Assembly: GCA_040904565.1 (NCBI GenBank)
Contig: JBBDTI010000054.1
Span: 22,144 to 86,143 of the forward strand
Direction: 5' to 3'
DNA from: Rhodothermales bacterium
GTDB lineage: Bacteria > Bacteroidota > Rhodothermia > Rhodothermales > VXPQ01
Length of the DNA: 64,000 nt
Part shown: positions 1 through 7,866 of the stretch, piece after piece
Layout: the number at the start of each line of letters is the position of its first letter
Numbering within the stretch: position 1 is the stretch's first letter
Made by a program: the position numbers and the translations under genes
The notes under the pieces: generated by a model
The model's database searches: none
What the model was told of the DNA's origin: nothing
What the model saw: the letters and a program-made list of their open reading frames with translations, nothing else

Positions 1-2
1 TC

Positions 3-608
3 GTGGGGTTCGCGGCGCAGCGAACGCTCGGGAATCTCCTGGCCGGGTTTCAGATCGCGATCACGCAGCCCATTCGGGTGGATGACGTGGTGGTCGTGGA
101 AGGGGAGTGGGGACGCATCGAGGAGATCACCCTCACGTACGTCGTCGTGCGCGTCTGGGACCAGCGTCGCCTGGTCCTGCCGATCAGCTATTTTCTTGAG
201 AGGCCGTTCCAGAACTGGACCCGCACGACGGCCGAGATTCTCGGGACGGTATTTCTGCATGTGGACTATACGGTGCCGTTCGATGCCGTGCGGGACGAGC
301 TGCACCGGCTCCTTCAGGAGTCGCCGCACTGGGATGGCAACGTATGGCGACTGCACGTCACGGATTCCACGGACCGGACCGTCGAGCTGCGTGCACTCAT
401 GAGCGCGGTCGATTCGGGCACGGCGTGGGAGCTGCGCTGCGAGATCCGTGAGAAACTCATCTCGTTCATTCAGCGTGAGTATCCCCAGGCTCTCCCCGTC
501 GTGCGTGCGTCGATGAAGGGGGAGCAGCCGGCGTCCGGCGGACGGCCACCCGCCGAGCCGTCACACGACGACCCGCCATCCGACAAGGAGAACGTCCGAC
601 ATGCTTGA
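3..608 (+). CDS. Mechanosensitive ion channel family protein (MscS-like), C-terminal part; N-terminus lies outside the window
   Basis: Frame is open to the left window edge. Conserved MscS pore-helix/beta-domain stretch GNLLAGFQIAITQPIRVDDVVVVEGEWGRIEEITLTYVVVRVWDQRRLVLPISYF. TGA at 606-608 overlaps the next ATG (601) by 8 nt. Confidence 0.8.
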   Translation: MGFAAQRTLGNLLAGFQIAITQPIRVDDVVVVEGEWGRIEEITLTYVVVRVWDQRRLVLPISYFLERPFQNWTRTTAEILGTVFLHVDYTVPFDAVRDELHRLLQESPHWDGNVWRLHVTDSTDRTVELRALMSAVDSGTAWELRCEIREKLISFIQREYPQALPVVRASMKGEQPASGGRPPAEPSHDDPPSDKENVRHA

Positions 609-1782
609 GTTTTTCGAACATCTTGACGCCGTCTGCCGGCGCGGCGAACCGGTCGTGCTGGCCACGGTCGTCGGCATCGAAGGTGGATCGAGCAGCCGAA
701 TCGGTTCGCGCATGTTCGTGACGATGGACGGGCGCCGCCTGGGTTCGCTCACGGTGGGCGGCTGCGTCGACGGCCGCGCGGCGGAGGAAGCGGTGGGGAT
801 CCTCGACGACGGCCGGCCGCGACAGATCCACGTGCGCCTCGGTGAGGACGAACCCACGTTCGGAATGAGCTGCGCCGGTGTGGTTCACGTATATATCGAG
901 CGGGTGGATGAGCAGGCCGCGGAGCTTCGCGCGTTCGCCCGGGTGCGTTCATTGATCCAGGGAGGCGCGCGTGCGGCGGCCGTGACGCCGCTCGATGGCC
1001 GTGCGGATCGGTTCGTTGTCTCGGGCTCGGAATCGGGCGTTCCCTGGCCCGACGTGGTTGAGACGGCGCAGGCCGCGCTGGTCAGCGAGCGGGCTGTGCT
1101 CTGCCCGGCAAGCGGCGATCGTCCGGAGATCTTCATCCAGCCGTTCATGCCGCCGCCCCGCCTGATCGTCGTGGGCACGGGTCCCGTAGCCGGGCCGCTC
1201 GTGCGGCTGGCCGACCGATCGGGATACCATACGACGCTCATCGACGGAAACGAAATCGACGGATTCGAGGAAGCGGGTGAGCGCATCGTAGGCATCCCCT
1301 CCGAGATCTGTCGTGAGCTGGACCTCGACGAACGGTGTGCCGTGGTCATCGCCGCGCACGATTACAAGTATGAGGTACCCGTGCTTCGGGAGGTGCTCGG
1401 ACGGGAGGTGGGGTACGTCGGATTCCTTGCGAGCCGCCGCCGCGGCGAGGCCGTGCTGCGTTTTCTGGAAACGACGGGCGTCGATGCCGATCTGTTGCAG
1501 ACCGTGCGCGTGCCGGTCGGACTAGACGTCGGTGCGGAAACGCCCGCCGAGATCGCCGTCAGCATCCTCGCCGAGATGCTTGCCGTTCGCTCCGGGCGGC
1601 CCGGTACGCCGTTGCGGACGAAGCAGGCATCAGGGCAGGCGTCAGGGCAGGCATCAGGGCAGGCGTCAGAGCAGGCATCAGAGCAGGCGTCAGGGCAGGC
1701 GTCAGGGCAGGCATCAGAGCAGGCGTCAGAGCAGGCAGCGAATCACGCGGCGAAGGAGTCCGCGGGGGCGCGTCGTGGGTGA
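601..1782 (+). CDS. XdhC/CoxI family accessory (molybdoenzyme maturation) protein with repetitive (QASG/QASE)n C-terminal tail
   Basis: ATG at 601. N-terminal XdhC-type region (RRGEPVVLATVVGIEGGSSSRIGSRMFV). Rossmann-like C-domain (PRLIVVGTGPVAGPLVRLA...VVIAAHDYKYE). Tail is encoded by the 12-nt tandem repeat. Confidence 0.8.
   Translation: MLEFFEHLDAVCRRGEPVVLATVVGIEGGSSSRIGSRMFVTMDGRRLGSLTVGGCVDGRAAEEAVGILDDGRPRQIHVRLGEDEPTFGMSCAGVVHVYIERVDEQAAELRAFARVRSLIQGGARAAAVTPLDGRADRFVVSGSESGVPWPDVVETAQAALVSERAVLCPASGDRPEIFIQPFMPPPRLIVVGTGPVAGPLVRLADRSGYHTTLIDGNEIDGFEEAGERIVGIPSEICRELDLDERCAVVIAAHDYKYEVPVLREVLGREVGYVGFLASRRRGEAVLRFLETTGVDADLLQTVRVPVGLDVGAETPAEIAVSILAEMLAVRSGRPGTPLRTKQASGQASGQASGQASEQASEQASGQASGQASEQASEQAANHAAKESAGARRG
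1624..1737 (+). repeat. In-frame 12-nt tandem repeat CAGGC(A/G)TCAG(G/A)G, 9 full copies plus a partial one
   Basis: Read directly and anchored to the XdhC stop at 1780-1782. Encodes QASG/QASE units. Confidence 0.95.
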
Positions 1783-1801
1783 CGCCGTGGGTGACAGTGA
1801 C

Positions 1802-2182
1802 ATGGAAGTCATCATGGATCACTATCGGCAACCCCGCAACCGGGGAAAGCTTACGGAGGCGGACGTCGACTGCGAGGATGTCAATCCGGCGTGCGGCGAT
1901 CGCGTTCGGATGCAGGCCATACTGAATGATGCCGATGAAATCGCGGCCGTTCGGTTCGTGGGCGACGGATGCGTCATCAGTATGGCGGCCGCAAGTCTGC
2001 TCACCACGCTCGTCGAAGGCCGGTCGCTGAAGGAGGTCGTGCAGTTTCCTGAAGCGTCCATGCTGGAGGCGCTGGAGGCGTCGGTCTCGCCGCGCCGCTA
2101 CGACTGCGCGCTGCTGGCGCATCGTACGCTCAAAGCCGGCCTCGTTCGCCTGGCGCACGACCGGCGCGTGAGCTCGTCGTGA
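1802..2182 (+). CDS. SufU/IscU-type Fe-S cluster assembly (sulfur-transfer) protein
   Basis: ATG at 1802 (alternative 1814) within ORF 1532..2182. The three conserved Cys motifs are present: NPACGD, GDGCVIS, RYDCALL. The upstream part of the ORF is the XdhC repeat read out of frame. Confidence 0.75.
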   Translation: MEVIMDHYRQPRNRGKLTEADVDCEDVNPACGDRVRMQAILNDADEIAAVRFVGDGCVISMAAASLLTTLVEGRSLKEVVQFPEASMLEALEASVSPRRYDCALLAHRTLKAGLVRLAHDRRVSSS

Positions 2183-2760
2183 ATGCCATGATGGACCAGG
2201 TCCACCTCATCGTCCTCGCCGCCGGCCGATCGTCGCGCATGGGGCATCGCGACAAGCTGATGCTGCCGATCGACGGGGCGCCGTTGCTGGTGCGGACCGT
2301 CGAGGCGGCCGCGGCGGCCGGTCCGGCCGAGGTGATCGTCGTGACCGGCCCATACAATTACGAGGACGTGCTGTCTCGTTATACCGTTCGTCTCGTGCAG
2401 AATTCCGACTACGAAGAGGGGATGGGGGCGTCCATACGAAGCGGCGTGCAGGCCGTCGATCCCGCTTCACCCTTCTACGCCATCCTGCCTGGTGACATGC
2501 CGTTCATCCGACCGCGGACCATCGCCTCCGCGGCCGAGCACCTCGACGACCGGTCCATCGTGGTGCCGCATTTCGAAGGGATGCCCGGCCACCCAGTCTT
2601 CTTCGCCGCACGATTCCGAGAGGAACTGCTCTCGCTGCGGGGCGACGTGGGCGCGCGCGGCATCCTGCGGGCGCACGCAGAGCGCGTCGTGCGCGTCGAC
2701 ACCGAGGATCCGGGAATAGTGCGAGACATCGATACGGAAGAAGCGTATCGCCGGGCGTGA
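2179..2760 (+). CDS. MobA-like NTP-transferase domain protein (molybdenum cofactor cytidylyl/guanylyl-transferase, MocA/MobA family)
   Basis: N-terminal LIVLAAGRSSRMG...DKLML nucleotide-binding motif and LPGDMPF motif. GTG at 2179 overlaps the upstream stop (GTGA); ATG alternatives at 2188 and 2191. Confidence 0.75.
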   Translation: MNAMMDQVHLIVLAAGRSSRMGHRDKLMLPIDGAPLLVRTVEAAAAAGPAEVIVVTGPYNYEDVLSRYTVRLVQNSDYEEGMGASIRSGVQAVDPASPFYAILPGDMPFIRPRTIASAAEHLDDRSIVVPHFEGMPGHPVFFAARFREELLSLRGDVGARGILRAHAERVVRVDTEDPGIVRDIDTEEAYRRA

Positions 2761-2854
2761 GGTCCATTCCATATTTGGTCGTTCGAATGCCTACCTTTGC
2801 TCGTGCCGACCGGCATCGAGAAGGTCTGCCTGCGGCTTCCAGTTTATTACAAAG

Positions 2855-2880
2855 GCTATCGACAAACGCTATCAACAAAC
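2855..2880 (+). repeat. Tandem 13-mer GCTATC(G/A)ACAAAC x2 ending 1 nt before the sulfatase ATG
   Basis: Read directly: gctatcgacaaac|gctatcaacaaac|a|ATG(2882). Confidence 0.9.
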
Positions 2881-2881
2881 A

Positions 2882-4387
2882 ATGACGGGCTCTTCTTACA
2901 TGCACGCCGCCTTTTCATCCCGGCATATATCTGCCTGGATCGTCCCGTTTTTGCTCCTGGCCGTACTGCTAACGGGTTGTTCGCCCGCCGATGAAGGCGC
3001 ACCGGCATCCGACCGGCCTAATATCGTCGTCATCCTGGCCGACGACATGGGGTATGGGGATGCCGGAGCCTACAATCCGGACTCCCGCATTCCTACCCCG
3101 AACATCGACCGTCTCGCCTCGGAGGGCATGCGGTTCACGGACGCCCATTCACCGTCGGCCGTGTGCACGCCGACGCGCTACGGATTGCTCACGGGCCGGT
3201 ATGCCTGGCGCACGCACCTGAAGGATGGCGTCCTGCTGGGCTACTCGCCCAACCTGATCGACACCACGCGCATGACGGTGCCGTCCATGCTGAAGCAGGT
3301 GGGCTACGTGACGGCCGGCGTCGGCAAGTGGCATCTGGGACTGGGGGATGAAGAGCGCACGGATTACAGCGAGCCGCTGCGTCCGGGGCCCGTATCGTTG
3401 GGATTCGACTATTACTTCGGGATACCGTCTTCGCTGGATTTCGAGCCCTACGTGTATTTCGAGAACGATCGGGTAGAGGCGCTTCCGACCGATTCTATCG
3501 AGGCATCGCGTGACTGCTGCACGGGCGATTTCTACCGGGGCGGGGCGATCGCCCCGGGCTTCGAGCACGAAGAAGTCCTGCCGCGCACCGTGGCCAACGC
3601 CCGGGCCTACATCGAGGACCGCCAGATGGGGCAGCCCTTCTTCCTCTACGTCCCCTTCTCCGCGCCCCATACGCCGTGGCTGCCAACGGAGCCGTTCCAG
3701 GGCATCAGTGAGGCGGGACCGTATGGCGACTTCATGGCTCAGGTGGATGCCGGGGTCGGTGAAATTCTCGATGCCATCGACGCGAACGGTCTTGCGGAGA
3801 ACACGCTCGTCGTTTTTGCGAGTGACAACGGGGCCTACTGGCGCCAGGAGGAGATCGACGCATACGGACATCTGGCAAACCTCGACTGGCGCGGCATGAA
3901 GGCGGACATCTACGAAGGCGGGCACAGGGTGCCTTTCATCGTCCGCTGGCCGGGAGAGGTCGAGGCCGGTGCGGTACGCGACGAGGTCGTGTCGCTGACG
4001 GATCTTATGGCGACGTTCGCGTCGGTGACGGACGTCGTGCTGCCCGACGACGCGGCCGAGGACAGCTACGACATCCTGCCGCTGCTGCGCGGCGAGCCGG
4101 TCGAAGGAGAGCTGCGGGAGGCGACCGTCCTCCATTCTTCACGAGGCATGTACGCGCTTCGACGGGGTCCCTGGAAGCTGATAGAGGGGCGCGGGTCGGG
4201 TGGATTCACCGAGCCCATCTTCGTGGATCCGGAGCCCGGCGAGCCGGAGGGCCAGCTGTACCATCTCGAGGAGGATCCGCTGGAGACGACCAATCTCTAC
4301 GCTGAGCGTCCGGAGATCGTCGAGCAGCTCTCGACCCTGCTGGATCGTTACAGGGATCAGGGATACAGCCGACCGATGTCACCGTAG
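2882..4387 (+). CDS. Arylsulfatase-family sulfatase, lipoprotein signal
   Basis: Sulfatase signature NIVVILADDMGYGD...SPSAVCTPTRYGLLTGRY (C-x-P-x-R formylglycine motif). Lipobox LLTGCS near the N-terminus. ATG at 2882 (alternative 2900). Confidence 0.9.
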   Translation: MTGSSYMHAAFSSRHISAWIVPFLLLAVLLTGCSPADEGAPASDRPNIVVILADDMGYGDAGAYNPDSRIPTPNIDRLASEGMRFTDAHSPSAVCTPTRYGLLTGRYAWRTHLKDGVLLGYSPNLIDTTRMTVPSMLKQVGYVTAGVGKWHLGLGDEERTDYSEPLRPGPVSLGFDYYFGIPSSLDFEPYVYFENDRVEALPTDSIEASRDCCTGDFYRGGAIAPGFEHEEVLPRTVANARAYIEDRQMGQPFFLYVPFSAPHTPWLPTEPFQGISEAGPYGDFMAQVDAGVGEILDAIDANGLAENTLVVFASDNGAYWRQEEIDAYGHLANLDWRGMKADIYEGGHRVPFIVRWPGEVEAGAVRDEVVSLTDLMATFASVTDVVLPDDAAEDSYDILPLLRGEPVEGELREATVLHSSRGMYALRRGPWKLIEGRGSGGFTEPIFVDPEPGEPEGQLYHLEEDPLETTNLYAERPEIVEQLSTLLDRYRDQGYSRPMSP

Positions 4388-4513
4388 CGATCCGTCTTCG
4401 ACCACGACCGAGCGCGTCGCGACGCTCAAGAGTCGTTGTAGAGGATCGGGAAGAGCCATTTCGGATGTGCTGACATATTCAACTCCGGCTCTCACGTTCG
4501 GCTTTCGGATCGT

Positions 4514-4578
4514 TGCATGCATTTTGCATGCTATATGCATGCACCTTGCCTGCACCCTGCACGGGCGAGCGCATGCGC
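4514..4578. repeat. 11-bp-phased array of TGCATGC-like motifs followed by the GCGCATGCGC palindrome
   Basis: TGCATGC at 4514, 4525 and 4536; TGCCTGC at 4547; TGCACGG at 4558; palindrome at 4569-4578. Coordinates cross-checked against the ORF 4200..4775 frame. Confidence 0.9.
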
Positions 4579-4704
4579 GCTATCGGCCGGCAGCCGACCA
4601 TCCGTTCAATACGGATAGGGCGTCGCGCTCCAATTTCTCCGCCGCAAGAGGCGGTTCTGCGATAGCTGTCAAGATAATGTCATGTCGGGCGTCATCTGCC
4701 GGGA

Positions 4705-5976
4705 TCAGTCGAGGAGGGACTGATAGACGAGCGCACGTATCCTGGCGTGCTCGTCGAGTCCGCCAGCCGGAATGACCTGCGTCATGTACGCGACGACGAG
4801 CTCTTCCGCGGGATCGACCCAGTAGGTGGAATGGTAGGCGCCGCCCCATCGATACAATCCGACCGACCCAGGGAGGCCGTCGTGGCCCAGCTCCTCGATC
4901 ACCTCGAACCCAAGTCCGAAGCCCGAGCCGTCCCAGGGAGATACGTCGTGTAGATGGTCGACCGTCATGAGCTCGACGGTCTTGGGCGACAGAATCCGCG
5001 CATCATCCAGCGCACCGCCGCGACGGAGAGCTTCTAGAAAGCGCGCGTAGTCGCCGGGCGTAGAGATGAGGCCTGCTCCACCGGAGAAGCTCGTTCGCGG
5101 TCCATCCACATACATCCCCTGCCCGACCATGTGACCCGGGTCGGGCGCGCGCTCGAGCGTTCCGTCCTCCTGCACCGAATAGACGACTGTCAGGCGGTCG
5201 GACGCATCCTCGGGCACGTAGAAATGTGTATCGTCCATGCCGAGCGGTTCGAAGATCTCGGATTCCAGAAATTCATCGAGCGGGTGTCCGGACACTTTTT
5301 CGACGACGGCCCCCAGTATGTCGGTGGAATAGCCGTAGACGAAAGACTCGCCGGGCTGGGCGTCCATGGGCAGCGAACCCATGCGGGCAACCGTCTCCGC
5401 TATGGGCTCGTCGCGATCCGCAAAATACCACCCCTGTATGCCCGCTTCCTCCCATCGGTCCGCGGCGGGCCCCCCGCCGTATCCGATGCCGGACGTATGC
5501 GTGAGGAGGTCACGCAGCGTGATCTCCCGTTCGGCCGGTACGATCTCGTAGGTGTCGCCGGCAACGGCAACCGTCGAATTCTCGAATCCCGGGAAATAGC
5601 GGCTCAGCTCGTCGTCGATGAGCAGGGCACCTCGCTCCTGGAGCATCATGACGGCTGCCGATACGATGGCCTTGGTCTGGGATGCGATGCGGAAAAGGTC
5701 GTCGGTGGAGAGTTCGTCTTCCGCCTCCAGATCGCGCATCCCGAACGCCTTCTCGTAGACGATTTTGCCCCGGCGGCCGATGACGAGTGCGGCGCCCGGC
5801 AGTCGACCGTCGTCGACGTATTCCTGCAGCACGTCGTCGATGCGCTCGAGCCGGTCGGATGAGACGCCCACACTCTCGGGGTAAGTTTCCGTGAACGGCT
5901 GGGCCTCCGCCGGCATGCAGGCAAGAAGGGTCAGCAGAATGACGGGTAATGCGATGGAACGTCGGTATTTCTTCAT
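4705..5976 (-). CDS. Serine hydrolase, beta-lactamase/transpeptidase-like (class C family), secreted
   Basis: ATG at 5976. Signal peptide MKKYRRSIALPVILLTLLACMPAEAQ. S-x-x-K active-site motif in FRIASQTKAIV. Confidence 0.85.
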   Translation of the reverse strand: MKKYRRSIALPVILLTLLACMPAEAQPFTETYPESVGVSSDRLERIDDVLQEYVDDGRLPGAALVIGRRGKIVYEKAFGMRDLEAEDELSTDDLFRIASQTKAIVSAAVMMLQERGALLIDDELSRYFPGFENSTVAVAGDTYEIVPAEREITLRDLLTHTSGIGYGGGPAADRWEEAGIQGWYFADRDEPIAETVARMGSLPMDAQPGESFVYGYSTDILGAVVEKVSGHPLDEFLESEIFEPLGMDDTHFYVPEDASDRLTVVYSVQEDGTLERAPDPGHMVGQGMYVDGPRTSFSGGAGLISTPGDYARFLEALRRGGALDDARILSPKTVELMTVDHLHDVSPWDGSGFGLGFEVIEELGHDGLPGSVGLYRWGGAYHSTYWVDPAEELVVAYMTQVIPAGGLDEHARIRALVYQSLLD

Positions 5977-6078
5977 GGCAGAATCGGCGGGTAGTTGAGC
6001 GTCGGTTCGGTCGAATATATCAAATCAATCGGGACCGGTGACGAGAAAGCAGGCAGAACGAGGTTCATCGACGGTTCA

Positions 6079-6107
6079 AGAAGTATCTGAATTTTTCGTA
6101 TACTTCT
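6079..6107. promoter_or_regulatory. Inverted repeat AGAAGTAT-N13-ATACTTCT containing the GTATACTT box upstream of Gfo paralog 1
   Basis: Read directly. The GTATACTT box (6098-6105) ends 78 nt before the ATG at 6183. The same octamer lies upstream of paralog 2. Confidence 0.4.
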
Positions 6108-6182
6108 CTGTGCCGTGGCCCGTGTCGCGGAACGCATGACCGTTTACCGACACCTCTTTCGACAACAGACTTCTACCCGCTC

Positions 6183-7709
6183 ATGGAATCCCCGAAGAAA
6201 GGCATCTCACGCAGGACATTCTTGGAGGGTGTGGCCGCGGCATCCGGACTGGCCGTCGTTCCACGCAGTGTGCTCGGTGGACCCGGATACGTCGCTCCGA
6301 GCGACCGGCTCAACATCGCGCAGATCGGCTGTGGTACGCAGGCGCTGCGCCAGTTCAATGCCGGCATCATGACCCGGGACGACATCCAGGTTACGAGTGT
6401 GACCGATCCCAACGCGGACAGTCAGGATTACGTCGACTGGTCGCATATGGGAACTACGAGGCGGATTCGTGCTCTTCTCGAGGACGATTCCTGGGCCGAG
6501 GGCGATACGGGTACCCGCGGGGGGCGCGAGTACGCGAAGCGCGTCATCGAAACGTATTACGGAAAGACGAATCGCTCCGGTACGTCGAACGGCGTCCGGG
6601 CCTACGCGGATTTCCGCGAGATGCTTGCCAGTGAGGATGAAGCCGATGCCGTCGTCATCATCGTGCCGGACCACCTGCACGCGCACATCTCTACGGCCGC
6701 GATGAAGGCGGGGAAGGGCGTCATCATGCACAAGCCGATCGGACTGAGTCCGCATGAAGTGCGCCGCGTCCTCGAAACGGAAGAAGAGACGGGAGCCGTG
6801 ACGCACCTTCTTGCCTACGGCAGTGCCATTCCCGAAGATCATGCGCGTCTGGAGTCGTGGCTGAAAGGCGGCATGATCGGTCCGGTTCGCGAGGTACATA
6901 ACTGGACGAACCGTCCGGTCTGGCCGCAGGGTTGGTCGGACTATCCGCATGAAGAGGCGAGCATTCCGAACGGACTCGACTGGGACCTGTGGCAAGGCCC
7001 GATTCCCAACCAGCCCTATCATCCGCTGCTGACGCACACGCTTTATCGCGGCTGGTACAACTACGGCGCCGGTTGCCTGGGTGATATGGGCAATTACAGC
7101 CTCTGGCAACCGCATCGCATTCTCGATCTCGATCCGCCGAACATGGTTGAGGCCTACACGAGCAAGAGCGTTATCCTGACCCCGGAGAATACGTGCCGGA
7201 GCTCGGATGCCTCGCCGGTGGCCTATCCGAACGCGAGCCAGATCCACTTCCGGTTCCCGGCGAAGGGGGATCGCCCGGAGGTGGACCTGTACTGGTACAG
7301 CGGTGCCATGAAGCCGCAGACGCCGCGGGAGCTCATCGACGACGGCGAAACGCTTCCCGGCGAAGGGATGCTTTTCGTGGGAGACTATGGGAAGATTCTC
7401 TGCCAGTTCCGGGGCCACAATCCGCGCCTGCTTCCAGAGAGCCGCATGCGTGCCATGGGGGTCGGCGAGCAGGAGGATTCGGACATCGACCAGGATGACG
7501 AGTGGACGGAAGCTGTACGGACCGGCATGGAGTCGCGTGGCAGCTTCAGCAACGCGGCAAGTCTCGCCGAGACCACGACGTTGGGGATCGTCGCACTCCG
7601 CCATCCGGGCCAGCGCCTGTATTGGGACAGCGACAACATGGGCTTCACGAACAATGACTCTGCTAACGAGCTCGTGCGCCGTGAGTATCGCAACGGGTGG
7701 GAGCTCTAG
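6183..7709 (+). CDS. Gfo/Idh/MocA family oxidoreductase, Tat-exported (paralog 1)
   Basis: ATG at 6183. Twin-arginine signal KGISRRTFLEGVAAASGLAVVP. Rossmann start NIAQIGCGTQA. Long C-terminal Gfo/Idh/MocA dimerisation region. Confidence 0.85.
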   Translation: MESPKKGISRRTFLEGVAAASGLAVVPRSVLGGPGYVAPSDRLNIAQIGCGTQALRQFNAGIMTRDDIQVTSVTDPNADSQDYVDWSHMGTTRRIRALLEDDSWAEGDTGTRGGREYAKRVIETYYGKTNRSGTSNGVRAYADFREMLASEDEADAVVIIVPDHLHAHISTAAMKAGKGVIMHKPIGLSPHEVRRVLETEEETGAVTHLLAYGSAIPEDHARLESWLKGGMIGPVREVHNWTNRPVWPQGWSDYPHEEASIPNGLDWDLWQGPIPNQPYHPLLTHTLYRGWYNYGAGCLGDMGNYSLWQPHRILDLDPPNMVEAYTSKSVILTPENTCRSSDASPVAYPNASQIHFRFPAKGDRPEVDLYWYSGAMKPQTPRELIDDGETLPGEGMLFVGDYGKILCQFRGHNPRLLPESRMRAMGVGEQEDSDIDQDDEWTEAVRTGMESRGSFSNAASLAETTTLGIVALRHPGQRLYWDSDNMGFTNNDSANELVRREYRNGWEL

Positions 7710-7796
7710 CGTCGTCCTCTGCCGGCTCCGCTGGAGTACCGGCTTTCCAGCGGGCTGGGCGGACGTCGCGGCGGTTCATGAAATCGCTATCATTTA

Positions 7797-7804
7797 GTAT
7801 ACTT
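7797..7804 (+). promoter_or_regulatory. GTATACTT box upstream of Gfo paralog 2
   Basis: catttaGTATACTTgat, ending 75 nt before the homology-supported ATG at 7879. Resembles a degenerate Bacteroidota -7 element (TAnnTTTG), but this is unproven. Confidence 0.35.
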
Positions 7805-7866
7805 GATCGTACCTCGGTGCCCGTCGAGCGAATCCGGGGAAAGCTATACGTACTGCATCAACTCAT

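Noticed and set aside
1532-1801. N-terminal part of ORF 1532..2182 with a striking RRQGRHQG repeat.
   Set aside because: It is the XdhC 12-nt repeat read in a different frame. The SufU homology begins only at the ATG at 1802.
2775-2800. tRNA-like T-loop strings (GTTCGAATGCC here, GGTTCGAAG at ~51892, GGGTTCGATAT at ~18488).
   Set aside because: The flanking bases do not form the 5-bp T-stem, acceptor stem or anticodon arm. No tRNA is called anywhere in the window.
4200-4775. 191-aa + strand ORF covering the sulfatase 3' end, the TGCATGC array and the serine-hydrolase 3' end.
   Set aside because: It overlaps two well-supported genes at both ends and has Ser/Arg-rich composition and no motif. 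The intergenic portion is better explained as non-coding repeat DNA.
6207-7604. 465-aa antisense ORF inside Gfo/Idh/MocA paralog 1. Similar cases: 8242..8805, 9649..11040, 14826..16244, 31218..32234, 32200..33447, 41603..42625, 49045..50337, 52552..53919.
   Set aside because: All are nested opposite genes with recognisable conserved motifs. They have Arg/Pro/Gly/His-rich composition with no motif I recognise. They are typical GC-driven shadow ORFs.
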